248,000 nt of DNA from Hyalangium minutum (GTDB lineage: Bacteria > Myxococcota > Myxococcia > Myxococcales > Myxococcaceae), in contig NZ_JMCB01000006.1 in assembly GCF_000737315.1 (NCBI RefSeq), positions 764,001 to 1,012,000 on the forward strand. Direction: 5' to 3'. The translations under genes were made by a program, and so were the position numbers. The notes under the pieces were generated by a model, which worked only from the letters and a program-made list of their open reading frames with translations, was not told where the DNA came from and did not search any database. How positions within the stretch are numbered: the first letter of the stretch is position 1; each line of letters begins with the position of its first letter. Positions 53,999-63,978 of this stretch are shown here, one piece after another.

Positions 53999-54561
53999 TG
54001 TTCCACGCTCCCCACACCGTGCTCCGGGCGTCGCTGCTGGCGCTTGCTCTGCTGGCCGCTGGCTGCCCGGAGAAGAAGGAGACGCCCGCTCCCTCACCCG
54101 GGAGCGGAGCCTCCGGGGGATTCCCTGAACGTTCGACGCCTCTCCGGGCGGGGGTGAAGGTGCCCCTGCCGCAGGGCTGGTCCGCGCTCGTGGCGGCGGA
54201 CTCCAGCTTCCAAGCAGGGCCTCCTGACCACCCAGTGCTCCGCGTGGATTTCCGCCGGGGCGAGGGTGATCATCTGCCCTCGGTCGAGGCGCTCACCCGC
54301 TCGATCCGCGAGCAGTTCTCCGAGTTCCAGGTGTCGTTGGACCAGGAGGAGGGCGACGAGAACGTCACCCTGGTTCGCATCACCCTGGCCCCCAAGCTGA
54401 CGGATGGAGGGCTCGGGCCTCACGGACCTGCGCTGATTGGCGCGCGGCGTGTCGGAGAGGATCTGTTCCTCTGTGCCACGCTGCCGGGCGCCACGGGCGA
54501 AGAGGTCCGCTTGGCCACCGAGGCCTGCCGCGACATCCAGGTCCAAGCCGCGCCGCGCTGA
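53998..54561 (+). CDS. lipoprotein
   Basis: Lipobox AAGC. Confidence 0.65.
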   Translation: MFHAPHTVLRASLLALALLAAGCPEKKETPAPSPGSGASGGFPERSTPLRAGVKVPLPQGWSALVAADSSFQAGPPDHPVLRVDFRRGEGDHLPSVEALTRSIREQFSEFQVSLDQEEGDENVTLVRITLAPKLTDGGLGPHGPALIGARRVGEDLFLCATLPGATGEEVRLATEACRDIQVQAAPR

Positions 54562-54709
54562 TCAGCGCCAGGTGCCGCCGCATCGCCCATCATCACGCAC
54601 TGCCACGTCGCAGGACTGGAGGCGCGTTGCGCTTCGTGTTGCCAGAGGCAACAGGAATGGCAACTGCTGATCGTCTTGCGCGTTGTCTTTGGCGCGTTAC
54701 GTTGGCGCC

Positions 54710-55429
54710 ATGAAGGAAATCATTCCCTTCCACCAACGGCTCCAAGAACGCCTGGCCGCCCTCCAACCGCCCCGGAATCAGGCGTGGCTGGCGGAGATGG
54801 CGGGAGTGGAGCGGTCGACCATCTTCCGCCTGCTCAAGGGAGAGCGCCACCCCCGTCTGGAGCTCTTGCAGCGGCTCGCGCCGGCCCTGGGGCTCTCCGT
54901 GGACGAGCTCGTCCAGGGAACGGACGCCGAGGAGCGGGTCGCCACCGCGAGCCAGCTCATCAATCGGGAGGTCTACGACGCTGCCGTCAAGCAGCTCGCG
55001 GACTACGAGGGAAGGCTGAATGACCTGGAGGCGAAGCTGCGCGTCTCGGAGGCTTCTCTCCGTGAGGAGGAGCAGCAGCGCAGGAAGGACAGCCTTGCGC
55101 TCACGCAGGCGCGAATCGATCTGGAGCGGAGCGAGCGCGCCCTGGCGGCCACCAAGGCGCGAAACCGGCAGTTGGAGGAAGAGCTCCATCGGCACCGTGG
55201 AGCCCTCCATCAGGCCGTGGGTCGGATCTCCGTGCTCCAGGCGAAGCTCTCCCAGATGGCGAAGGCGCTGGAGGAGACCAGCGCCACGTCACGGACCGCG
55301 GCTCTCTTTGCCGGAATCGCCGCACTGACAGGAGTCGTCACCGCCGCAACCTTCCTCGGCGGGGAGAAGTCGCCCGAAGGCGACGAAGCTGAGCAGGGGA
55401 AGGCCACCAGCAAGAGGAACAGGAAATGA
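54710..55429 (+). CDS. XRE-family HTH protein with long coiled coil and hydrophobic tail
   Basis: QAWLAEMAGVERSTIFRLLKG; heptad-rich region. Confidence 0.75.
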   Translation: MKEIIPFHQRLQERLAALQPPRNQAWLAEMAGVERSTIFRLLKGERHPRLELLQRLAPALGLSVDELVQGTDAEERVATASQLINREVYDAAVKQLADYEGRLNDLEAKLRVSEASLREEEQQRRKDSLALTQARIDLERSERALAATKARNRQLEEELHRHRGALHQAVGRISVLQAKLSQMAKALEETSATSRTAALFAGIAALTGVVTAATFLGGEKSPEGDEAEQGKATSKRNRK

Positions 55430-56001
55430 ACCACTACCAGGTGCTCGGCGTGGAGGAGACGGCCTCTCAAGAGACGATCAAGTCAGCGCGCCTCAAGAAG
55501 GCGAAGGAGTTCCATCCGGACACCCACCCGGGGGATCCGGCTCTGGAGGAGAAGATGAAGCGGATCAACGAGGCCTACGAAGTCCTCGGCGATGAGGAGC
55601 GCCGGAAGAAGTACGACGCGAAGCTCGCCAAGGAGCGCGCGGTGAAGAAAGAGAGCGCAGTGCCAAAGCCGACGGGGAATCCGGCAACGGCTTCGTGGGA
55701 GCAGGTCCGGAAGTCCTGGCAGGCTCAGGCCGCTCGAAGCCCGAAGCCAACTCAGCCCCCGGTGGCTGCGCAGGGTGGACCTGTCTGGCGGAAGCCCCTT
55801 GTCGTGCCTGCCATGGTGGCGCGTCCCGCCACGAAGGCCCGCTCCTCCGACAGCGGGTGGGACTTGGACACTCTCCTCAAGGTGCTCGGCACTGCTGGGG
55901 CTGCCTTCCTCACGTACAAGGTGATCCGGAACTCGGGGAGCCGCTGGGATCCCACAGTGCAGAGGCGGCGCGGGCCCGATGGCCGGTTCCGCTCTTCTTG
56001 A
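55426..56001 (+). CDS. J-domain (DnaJ) protein
   Basis: HYQVLGV..FHPD..INEAYEVL; ATGA overlap. Confidence 0.85.
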   Translation: MNHYQVLGVEETASQETIKSARLKKAKEFHPDTHPGDPALEEKMKRINEAYEVLGDEERRKKYDAKLAKERAVKKESAVPKPTGNPATASWEQVRKSWQAQAARSPKPTQPPVAAQGGPVWRKPLVVPAMVARPATKARSSDSGWDLDTLLKVLGTAGAAFLTYKVIRNSGSRWDPTVQRRRGPDGRFRSS

Positions 56002-56291
56002 GGGGATCGGTTGCCTGCCCAGCGGCCAGAGGGGCTCGCCCCTCATTCGTACGAGGGTTCGTCGCTACCGCGCCTGAACCCCCGCGTGGGTGGAACCTCA
56101 CACCGGCGACCAGTGTCCCACCTGATGACAGGACCTTGAAGCGCGTTACGATGAACACACGCGAGGCCTTCACACAGTGGGGCTTCACGTTTGCGAAGCG
56201 AATTCATAACCTAGCGCTTACGTCCAAGTACTGGACTGCCGTGGTGGGCATCCCTCCCAGGTGCCCACACTTCCATGAAGGAGTGAAAGCA

Positions 56292-56432
56292 ATGGCTCTC
56301 CCCGAGTTGCTCTCCCCCGCAATCAGCATCGCAGGGGTGCTCCTGATTGGACTGATCACCGCAGCGCTCGCGGGCCGTCAGGCCCGCCCGCAGCCGGTGC
56401 CCGTCCGCCGCAACCCGCCGCGCCGCCGCTAA
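56292..56432 (+). CDS. 46-aa single-pass membrane peptide
   Basis: AAGGAG RBS; MALPELLSPAISIAGVLLIGLITAALAGRQ..RRR. Confidence 0.6.
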   Translation: MALPELLSPAISIAGVLLIGLITAALAGRQARPQPVPVRRNPPRRR

Positions 56433-56471
56433 GCCCGATTCGCGGCTCGAGCAGTCGCTGAGGGCCGCGCT

Positions 56472-57290
56472 TCAGTGCGAGTGAGCGCGCGCCAGGCGCT
56501 GAGCGGTGCGGAAGAGCTGAGAGCAGGAGTAGTCCAGAGGCGCCTCTTGGTTCTGGAGAGCATGGCGGGCCCGGAGGAAGGGCAGCCAGGCCCTGTAACC
56601 GACGATGACAGCGGCCTCTTCCAACTTCTTGCGCGGCACCCAGCGGCCGCCGAGTCCGTCCACCAAGTAGCGGCCGAGGAAGGCTCCCAGGGCGGGGACG
56701 AGCGTCTCTCGCTGTGCATGGGTCAGGCGCTTGCCCCAATGCATGTGCCACAGGTGCCAGTCGAGGTGAGGCAGGGCCTCCAGCGTGCCCTTCATGACCT
56801 GGGGCACCTCCTTTTCGAACAGGGCGACGAGCTGCTCGGCGTAGAGCCCCTCGTAGGTGTCGATGGCGGCCTGGACGCTGTCCACATCCGGCGCAGGAGC
56901 CTGGGCGGTGGGTAACCATTCCGAGACGGGAGGAGGGTGGTAGCGGTTGAGGCGCTCGACGAGGGCGCGATTGCCGCACCCGCCCTCAAACTCGGCCTCC
57001 ATGCGGAGGATGTCGGCGACGTCGGGGTCGAACTCCAGGGGGATGGGAGAGAACTCGAGCGAGCGCTGGCGCAGGGTGGCCAGGGTGGATTCCAGGGAGA
57101 GCTCGGGGCGCAGGTGGACGAGGGCGCGGGCCTGAGCGAGGCGGGACTCCTCGGAGTCGAAGTCCGCGGGCGTGGGGCGAGTGAGCCAGAGGACGGCGCC
57201 GTGGGGCAGCTCCTCCATGAGGGCTGCAGCGAGGCCAGCAGGGCCAAGAGCACCCAAGCGCACAGGCGTGGCATGCGTGGAGCCTGTCAT
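56472..57290 (-). CDS. hypothetical protein
   Basis: Long GC3-biased ORF. Confidence 0.55.
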   Translation of the reverse strand: MTGSTHATPVRLGALGPAGLAAALMEELPHGAVLWLTRPTPADFDSEESRLAQARALVHLRPELSLESTLATLRQRSLEFSPIPLEFDPDVADILRMEAEFEGGCGNRALVERLNRYHPPPVSEWLPTAQAPAPDVDSVQAAIDTYEGLYAEQLVALFEKEVPQVMKGTLEALPHLDWHLWHMHWGKRLTHAQRETLVPALGAFLGRYLVDGLGGRWVPRKKLEEAAVIVGYRAWLPFLRARHALQNQEAPLDYSCSQLFRTAQRLARAHSH

Positions 57291-57332
57291 CGCCCCTGGG
57301 TGGGAGGAAGGACCTCTTGGCTCTCGCGGCCC

Positions 57333-58346
57333 TCAGCGCTTGAAGGAGAGCGAGAGCGCGAAGTCCTCCGCCGCGTCCGTCCACCATGAGGAGAGCTGGA
57401 GCCCCGCAGCGGCCAGCTCCGCCTCCACCTGCTCTGGACGGAACTTGCAGCTCACCTCCGTGCGCAGCACCTCGCCCTCCTCGAAGTGCGCGAAGCGCTC
57501 GAGCGCCGGCAGCCGCACCACCTGCTCCCGCAGCGAGATGAGCCGCATCTCGATCCAGCTGTGCTCCTCGTCGAAGGGTGCCAGGTGCGCGAAGGCTTCC
57601 ACGTCGAAGTCCGCCCCCAGCTCGCGGTTCAGCACCCGCAGCACGTTGCGGTTGAACTCGGCCGTCACCCCCGCCCGGTCGTTGTAGGCCGCGAAGAGGC
57701 GATCCCTGCACTTGATCAGGTCCGTGCCCAGCAGCAGCCCGTCGCCTGGCTCCAAGCCCTCGGCCACCTCGCGGAAGAAGTGTGCGCGCTGCTCCGGCTT
57801 GAAGTTGCCGATGGTGCCCCCCAGGAAGGCCACCAGCCTTCGCCCTCCGCGCGGAAGGCGTCCCAGGTGGCGCTCGAAGTCTCCCACCACCGCGTGCACG
57901 GACACTCGCGGGTACTGCCGCGCGAGCCGCTCCGCCGCGCTCCGCAGGAAGGCCTCGCTCACGTCGAACGGCACGAAGCGCCGCAGCTGCCCCGCCTCCT
58001 GGAACGCGTCCAGCAACAGCCGTGTCTTCTCGCTCGTGCCGCTGCCGAGCTCGATGAGCGTGTCCGCGCCGCTCACCCGGGCGATCTCCGCCGCGCGCGC
58101 CTCGAGGATCTCCCGCTCGCGCCGCGTGGGGTAGTACTCGGGCAGCCGGGTGATGTCGTCGAAGAGCTGGCTGCCGCGCTCGTCATAGAGCCACTTCGGC
58201 GACAGCTCCTTGGGGCGCCCGCACAGCCCCGCCTCCGCTTCCTCGCAGAGCGCTCGCCGCGCGTCTCCCGGACGCACGTGCACGTCCACGGTGACCGGCT
58301 GCTGCCGCGTGACTCCTGTCCTCTGCTCCCTCCACAGGTAGATCAA
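57333..58346 (-). CDS. egtD: L-histidine N-alpha-methyltransferase EgtD
   Basis: PKWLYD..GS.LF..IT..PEYY, ELGSG; start uncertain (TTG overlapping the egtB stop). Confidence 0.9.
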   Translation of the reverse strand: MIYLWREQRTGVTRQQPVTVDVHVRPGDARRALCEEAEAGLCGRPKELSPKWLYDERGSQLFDDITRLPEYYPTRREREILEARAAEIARVSGADTLIELGSGTSEKTRLLLDAFQEAGQLRRFVPFDVSEAFLRSAAERLARQYPRVSVHAVVGDFERHLGRLPRGGRRLVAFLGGTIGNFKPEQRAHFFREVAEGLEPGDGLLLGTDLIKCRDRLFAAYNDRAGVTAEFNRNVLRVLNRELGADFDVEAFAHLAPFDEEHSWIEMRLISLREQVVRLPALERFAHFEEGEVLRTEVSCKFRPEQVEAELAAAGLQLSSWWTDAAEDFALSLSFKR

Positions 58347-59674
58347 TTCGCGTCCCTCGCACAGCGGAAGCCGGCGAAGATCTGCCGGCGGATCGGGTAG
58401 TCCCAGTTGCGGAAACTGTTGCGCACGGCCACCGGGGCGCTCGCCCACGCGCCGCCTCGCAGCACCTTGTAGTCACTGCCGAAAAACACCTCCGAGTACT
58501 CGCGGTAGGGGAAGGCTCGGAAGCCCGCGTAGCCGCCGAAGTCGCTCGCCGTCCATTCCCACACGTCCCCGAGCAGCCCCCACACGCCGTCCGCACTCCG
58601 GCCCTCGGGGAATGCACCCACCGGCGCTGGGCCCCAGGTGTCTCCGCCCAGGTTCGCGTGCGCCGCCGTGGGCGCCGTGTGGCCCCAGGGGTGCTCGCGC
58701 GGCGTGCCGTCGCTGCCCACCGCGGCCTTCTCCCACTCGGCCTCCGTGGGCAGGCGCTTGCCGGCCCAGCGCGCGTACGCGTCCGCCTCGTACCAGCTCA
58801 CGTGCTGCACGGGCTCGTCCTTGGGCAGCGCCTCCACCCAGCCGAAGCGCCGCCGCAGCCACACGTGCTGGCCCTGCGGCAGCCAGAAGAGGGGATGCGC
58901 CAGCCTCTCGGCCTGCACGTACGCCCAGCCCTTCGGGTGCCACCACCGCGGATCCTCGTAGCCGCCCGCCTCCACGAACACGAGGTAGTCCCCGTTCGTC
59001 ACCGGGTGCGCATCGAGAAAGAACGGCGCCACGTCCACCGTGTGCACGGGGCGCTCGTTGTCGTACGCCCAGGCCCCGTCACTGCCCAGGCTCACCGGTC
59101 CGCCCGAGATCAGCACCTCGTGCTGCGGCACGGCACCGGGGCGGGGACGCTCGCGCGCGGCCGGGCGGTACTCGAACGTCGTCATCAGCTGCAGCGTGGC
59201 GGCGAGCGTCTCCGCGTGCTGCTGCTCGTGCTGCGCCACCATGCCGAACACGAAGCCGTCTCTCAGCAGCGGCTCGGGCGAGTCCTCCGGCACCGTGTCC
59301 AGGTGCTCGCGCACGGCCTCGCGCACGCGCGCGGCGTACGCGAAGGCTTCAGCGGGAGCCAGCAATGGCAGCTGGGAGCGGGTGCGGCGCGGGTGCTGGA
59401 AGGCGTCGTAGATGGCGTCGAAGGACGGATCCGTGAGGGCCTTGCCTCCGAGCGAACGCAGCAGCCACTGCTCCTCGTAGTTGGCCACGTGCGCCACGTC
59501 CCAGACGAGCGGCGACATCAGCGGCGAGTGCTGACGCACCAGCTCCGGCTCCGGCAAGCCGGCCAGCATGCCCAGCGTCCGGGCCCGCGCGGTCTCCAGC
59601 TCCCGCAGGGCACGAGCCTTCCACGGGCCTCCTGTGACATGCCTCGCTCTCGCCACGCTGCCGCCGCCTGACAT
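58343..59674 (-). CDS. egtB: ergothioneine sulfoxide synthase EgtB
   Basis: DinB-like HEQQH plus FGE-sulfatase domain (RLPTEAEWE, GFRCA). Confidence 0.9.
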   Translation of the reverse strand: MSGGGSVARARHVTGGPWKARALRELETARARTLGMLAGLPEPELVRQHSPLMSPLVWDVAHVANYEEQWLLRSLGGKALTDPSFDAIYDAFQHPRRTRSQLPLLAPAEAFAYAARVREAVREHLDTVPEDSPEPLLRDGFVFGMVAQHEQQHAETLAATLQLMTTFEYRPAARERPRPGAVPQHEVLISGGPVSLGSDGAWAYDNERPVHTVDVAPFFLDAHPVTNGDYLVFVEAGGYEDPRWWHPKGWAYVQAERLAHPLFWLPQGQHVWLRRRFGWVEALPKDEPVQHVSWYEADAYARWAGKRLPTEAEWEKAAVGSDGTPREHPWGHTAPTAAHANLGGDTWGPAPVGAFPEGRSADGVWGLLGDVWEWTASDFGGYAGFRAFPYREYSEVFFGSDYKVLRGGAWASAPVAVRNSFRNWDYPIRRQIFAGFRCARDAN

Positions 59675-59884
59675 AGCCCCTCCCAAGTTAGGGAGGCCGA
59701 TCCGGATTGGCAGCGCCTCGGACTGCTGGGCTGCCCTGTGCCGGATACTTCCTTCGGCTTCGCCCCGAGGGGCGCTCCGAGGCCTCCTGCCCTCTTGCGT
59801 TGCTTCCGCCAGAGAGAACCTGTCAGGGAGGAGGTTTGAATGCAAACGATTAGACGGGGGAGACGGGCGTCTTCCCGGGACCGC

Positions 59885-60538
59885 TCACTCCTTGACGATC
59901 TTCACGTTGAAGTACGGCGTCTTCAGCGCGCCCCACAGGCGCAGCCACAGGGGCAGATAGGACTCCGTGCCGCGCGCGGTGGTGATGTCGCCCAGGTCCA
60001 CCAGCTCCTTCCAGCCGAACTGCGTCTTGAGGAACTCGCCCACTTTGGCCTTGGCCGCCGTGTCGTTGCCGCTGATGAACATCACATGGTCCCCCCCGCC
60101 AATCCTCCCGGGGTTCACCATGATCTCCGCCGTCACCGTGTTCAGCGTCTTGATGACGTGGGTCTCCGGGAACGCCGCCTGGAGGCGCTCGCCCAGCGAG
60201 TCCGTGTTCCCCGCGAACAGCGTGGGCGGCATGCCCTTGGAGAAGTCCAGCGGGTTGGAGATGTCGATGAGGATCTTCCCCTTGAGGCTGCCCGCCCCGG
60301 CCGCGTTCAGCGCGTCCAGCGCTCCCGCGCCCGAGGTGCAGTTGAAGATCAGCTCGCCGAACCCCGCCGCGTCCGCGAACGTGCCCTGAGAGGCCTTGGC
60401 GCCCGCCTTCTTCGCCCACGCCACCGCCTTCTCGTTGTTCGCCGTGCGCGAGCCCATCTTCACCTCGTGGCCCAGCGCCACGAGCTTGGTGCCAATCGTC
60501 GCGCCCACCATGCCGGTACCGAAGACTCCGATCTTCAT
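59885..60538 (-). CDS. NADPH-dependent F420 reductase-like oxidoreductase
   Basis: GTGMVG Rossmann motif, IDISNP. Confidence 0.8.
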   Translation of the reverse strand: MKIGVFGTGMVGATIGTKLVALGHEVKMGSRTANNEKAVAWAKKAGAKASQGTFADAAGFGELIFNCTSGAGALDALNAAGAGSLKGKILIDISNPLDFSKGMPPTLFAGNTDSLGERLQAAFPETHVIKTLNTVTAEIMVNPGRIGGGDHVMFISGNDTAAKAKVGEFLKTQFGWKELVDLGDITTARGTESYLPLWLRLWGALKTPYFNVKIVKE

Positions 60539-60647
60539 CGCGTGCTCCTCCGTGAATGCGTGCGAGGAGAAAAGTACCGGAGCACCCCCAGGTTGAGAAT
60601 CACCCGCCCGCTCAACCTTCCGTCAACTTCCGGTTAACAATGCAGGC

Positions 60648-61544
60648 ATGGACCTGTTCTCCGGAGTGCTCCCTTTCCTCCACACCGCGGAGGAGCGCAG
60701 CTTCCGCAAAGCCGCCGCGCAGCTCGGGGTGACGACGGCCGCCGTCAGCAAGGCCGTGGCCCGGCTCGAGGCGGACCTAGGCATCACCTTGCTCCACCGC
60801 ACCTCGCGCCACGTCTCCCTCACCCCCGAGGGCGCCACCTTCTTGGAGCACTGCCGCGAGGCGGTGACGCGGCTGCAGGCCGGGCGCGAGCTGCTCGCCC
60901 AGGCCCAGAAGGTCGCCGAGGGCGAGCTCAAGGTCTCCATGCCCCTCATCCTCGGCCGCGTGGTGGTGCCCGAGCTGGGGCGCCTGTCCGCCCGCCACCC
61001 GCGCCTGTCCTTCAACCTGTCGCTCACGGATCGCTTCTCGCGCTTGGCCGAGGAGAGTGTGGATGTCGCAGTCCGCATCGGCGAGCTGGAGGACTCGAGC
61101 CTCGTCTCGCGCACCCTGCGCGTGCCGCAGTGGGTGACGGTGGCCTCGCCCGCGTACCTCGGCCGCAGCGGCACGCCCCGTCATTACAAGGAGCTGGAGC
61201 GCCACGCGTGTCTGAAGTTCGTCACGCCCGCGGGCATCTCGCGCGAGTGGGAGTTCCGCGATCGCCGCGAGGCCCGCCCCCGCACGGTGCGGACGCCGGA
61301 CTCGTTCCGAATCGATCACGGAGAGCTGTTGGTGGAGGCCGCCGTGTCGGGGCTCGGCATCTGCCAGGCCTTCGACTTCATGGTGACCGAGCACCTGCGC
61401 GCCGGGCGGCTCGTGGAGGTGCTGGCGCCCTACGCCGCGGAGGGTCCGCCCATCCGCGCCCTGTGCCTGCCCCGGCGCCAGTCCACGCCGCGCGTCCGGG
61501 TGTTCCTCGACTTCCTTCAGCAGGTGCTGCGGCGCGAGCGCTGA
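60648..61544 (+). CDS. LysR family regulator
   Basis: SFRKAAAQLG..VSKAVARLE. Confidence 0.93.
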   Translation: MDLFSGVLPFLHTAEERSFRKAAAQLGVTTAAVSKAVARLEADLGITLLHRTSRHVSLTPEGATFLEHCREAVTRLQAGRELLAQAQKVAEGELKVSMPLILGRVVVPELGRLSARHPRLSFNLSLTDRFSRLAEESVDVAVRIGELEDSSLVSRTLRVPQWVTVASPAYLGRSGTPRHYKELERHACLKFVTPAGISREWEFRDRREARPRTVRTPDSFRIDHGELLVEAAVSGLGICQAFDFMVTEHLRAGRLVEVLAPYAAEGPPIRALCLPRRQSTPRVRVFLDFLQQVLRRER

Positions 61545-61588
61545 GCCCCGCCGGCCCGGGGTTCTCGCGCCCGAGCGGAGGCGGTGGG

Positions 61589-61972
61589 CTACGGGGCGCC
61601 GCAGGCGAGCCACTCGCTCAACTTGCGCCGGTCCTCCACCGACGGCTTCTCCCCATCCGGAGGCATGCTCTCGTTGGTGACGGTGGCGCTGGCGCCCGAC
61701 TGCTTGTCGATCTCTTTGGCCTCGGCGTGGATCCCCTCCATGGTGTTGAAGTTCAGATCGCCCGGAGCGCCATGGCGCTCCGAGCCCGAGAGCGCCGAGT
61801 TGTGACAACGCGTGCAGTACACGCTCATGAAGCTCTGGCCGAAGTTCTGGTAGCTGAGCGAGGTGCCGCTCGTGGGGCACTTGGTCTGGGTGTCTTCTCC
61901 GCCCCCGCACGCGGAGAGCAGCAGGGAGGCGCCCGCGAAGGCGCCGAGCAGGGATTTGAGCCAAGGGGACAT
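61589..61972 (-). CDS. c-type cytochrome-like lipoprotein
   Basis: Lipobox LSAC; CTRCH; MPP. Confidence 0.65.
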   Translation of the reverse strand: MSPWLKSLLGAFAGASLLLSACGGGEDTQTKCPTSGTSLSYQNFGQSFMSVYCTRCHNSALSGSERHGAPGDLNFNTMEGIHAEAKEIDKQSGASATVTNESMPPDGEKPSVEDRRKLSEWLACGAP

Positions 61973-62218
61973 GAGTTCTCCTGAACAGGGCCCGAGGAAG
62001 CAGGCAAGGCCCCGCTCTGCCTTAACGAGGGGCGGTCCCGAGCACCAGGGTCCCAAGGGAGGAGGGGATGTCTCCCTGCTCACTCGAAGAGCGAGGGCCC
62101 TCGCCTCCCGCCCGCCCCGTCTCCCCTCCGTCCGTTGGATGACAACTCTTCTCCCAGGTGCCTCGTGGCGAGGCCCCTCCGCGCGATCAGCGCTGGAGCC
62201 ACACGAGGAGGCATCAAC

Positions 62219-62767
62219 ATGGCCTGGTCGAAGACACCCTGGGCAGCATGGAACGGCCTGGGCTTCGGTCTGGTCGCGGGCGCCGTGTTCGCCGTGGCCG
62301 AGTGCCTCGCCTCCCTGGTGGGCGGGCAGGGCCTCATGGCGCCGGTGCGCTACGCGGCCAGCGTCCTGCTGGGAGTCCGTGCGCTTACCGAGGGCCCACT
62401 CGGGCTCATGCTCGCCGCCGGGCTCGCCGTGCACTTCGGACTGTCGGCCCTCTTCGGCCTGGCCTACGCGCTGATCGACGCGCGCCTGTCTCCCGAGCTG
62501 CGGCCCAAGGTGTCGCACCAGACCGCGGTGGGCATGCTGTTCGCGCTCGGAGTCTGGGGGGTGACGTTCCAGTTCGTCGCCCGCGGCTACTACCCGTGGT
62601 TCCTGGAGAACACGCCCCAGTTCTTCCAGCTGCTGCTGCACGCGCTCTTCTTCGGCGCTCCACTGGGGCTGCTCTTCGCCGCCGCCGAGCGCCGCCGCGT
62701 GGCCATCGCCCTGTTCGAGCAGGCCGCGCAGCAAGAGCACTCATCCGAGGGGAGGAGAGGGACATGA
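62219..62767 (+). CDS. membrane protein
   Basis: Four hydrophobic segments. Confidence 0.65.
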   Translation: MAWSKTPWAAWNGLGFGLVAGAVFAVAECLASLVGGQGLMAPVRYAASVLLGVRALTEGPLGLMLAAGLAVHFGLSALFGLAYALIDARLSPELRPKVSHQTAVGMLFALGVWGVTFQFVARGYYPWFLENTPQFFQLLLHALFFGAPLGLLFAAAERRRVAIALFEQAAQQEHSSEGRRGT

Positions 62768-63360
62768 AGCGATTCGCGAAGTGGGTGGGTGGTGTCTGGC
62801 TGGCCGCGAGCGCGGTGGCGTGCGCCGGAGCGAACCGGGAAGTCCCGCTGTTGGACGAGCACCCCGTGAGCGCCAGCGCGGGGCAGGGGGGCGGCGCGGA
62901 GATCGACACGGGCGAGTGGGCTTGGATGAACGAGACGCGCAAGAGCGCCCAGGCCCGGCACAAGCTCTATGAGCAGGTGAGCGAGGAGCTCGGCCTGGAT
63001 GAGCGGGACTCCGCCGTGCACCGCAGGGCTCCCGGCCGGAAGGGGGGCGGGGTGGGGGGAAGCGGAATGGCCGGTGGGGAGCGCCGGAGCTGTGCCGAAG
63101 TGCTCGCCGCCGGGGAGCCCGCCGCCCTGGTGTCCGGCACGCTGGACTTCGCGCAGGACGGGCTGCTCACCGTGAATGTGCCCGGCCAGGGGCCCATGAA
63201 GCTGCGCACCGATGCGAGCACGTGCGCCGTCCAGGCCCGGCACGCGCTGGCTCCCGAGTCCCTGCTCGAGGGCGGCGAGGTGCGTGTCTCCTATATTCTG
63301 GAGGACGGACTGCCCACGGCTCGGGTCATCCGCGCCGAGCCCCTGCGCTTCACCCACTGA
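62764..63360 (+). CDS. lipoprotein
   Basis: Lipobox AVAC; ATGA overlap. Confidence 0.6.
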   Translation: MKRFAKWVGGVWLAASAVACAGANREVPLLDEHPVSASAGQGGGAEIDTGEWAWMNETRKSAQARHKLYEQVSEELGLDERDSAVHRRAPGRKGGGVGGSGMAGGERRSCAEVLAAGEPAALVSGTLDFAQDGLLTVNVPGQGPMKLRTDASTCAVQARHALAPESLLEGGEVRVSYILEDGLPTARVIRAEPLRFTH

Positions 63361-63533
63361 AGCAGGGATTCCGGGAGGTGCTGCCAGCCCCGGGGCTGGT
63401 GCCCCTCCGCCCTCCAGGCCGTCTGAATCCAGGCCCTCGAACAAACGTTTGAGGTATGATGAAAGGACATCACCCTGAGGGTTACCTGGAGGGCGACCTG
63501 GGTGGGGCCGTGTGCCCCCTGGACCCGACTGCA

Positions 63534-63968
63534 ATGGCGAAATTCGAAACCATGGAAAAGCCGCTGGCGAGCATCCTCGGCCTGGCCGTGCGCACTGCCC
63601 GCTTGCGCGCGGGATTGACCCAGGAGGACGTGGCCGAGCGCATTGGCATGGCCTCGGAGGTGTACGGGCGCATGGAGCGCGGGCAGATGCTGCCACGTGT
63701 GGAGAACCTGCGGCGGCTGTGCCTGGTGCTCAACGTGCCGCCCCACGAGCTGCTCGGCCTGGACTCCGCCGACTTCCGGGGCGTCTTCCCCGTGGAGGAG
63801 GTGAAGCCCCGCTCGGATGACTCCGCCGACATGCGCCGCCTGCTGCGGCGGCTGCGCAAGCTCAGCGCCACCCAGGTGAAGCTGCTCAGCCAAATCTCCG
63901 GCGCGATGATGGCCCGGGGCCGCAACACCCGGAACCGCCGGCGCCTGTCCCTGCTCGAGCCCGAGTGA
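63534..63968 (+). CDS. XRE-family transcriptional regulator
   Basis: LTQEDVAERIG..YGRMERG. Confidence 0.85.
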   Translation: MAKFETMEKPLASILGLAVRTARLRAGLTQEDVAERIGMASEVYGRMERGQMLPRVENLRRLCLVLNVPPHELLGLDSADFRGVFPVEEVKPRSDDSADMRRLLRRLRKLSATQVKLLSQISGAMMARGRNTRNRRRLSLLEPE

Positions 63969-63978
63969 GGGCCGTGGC

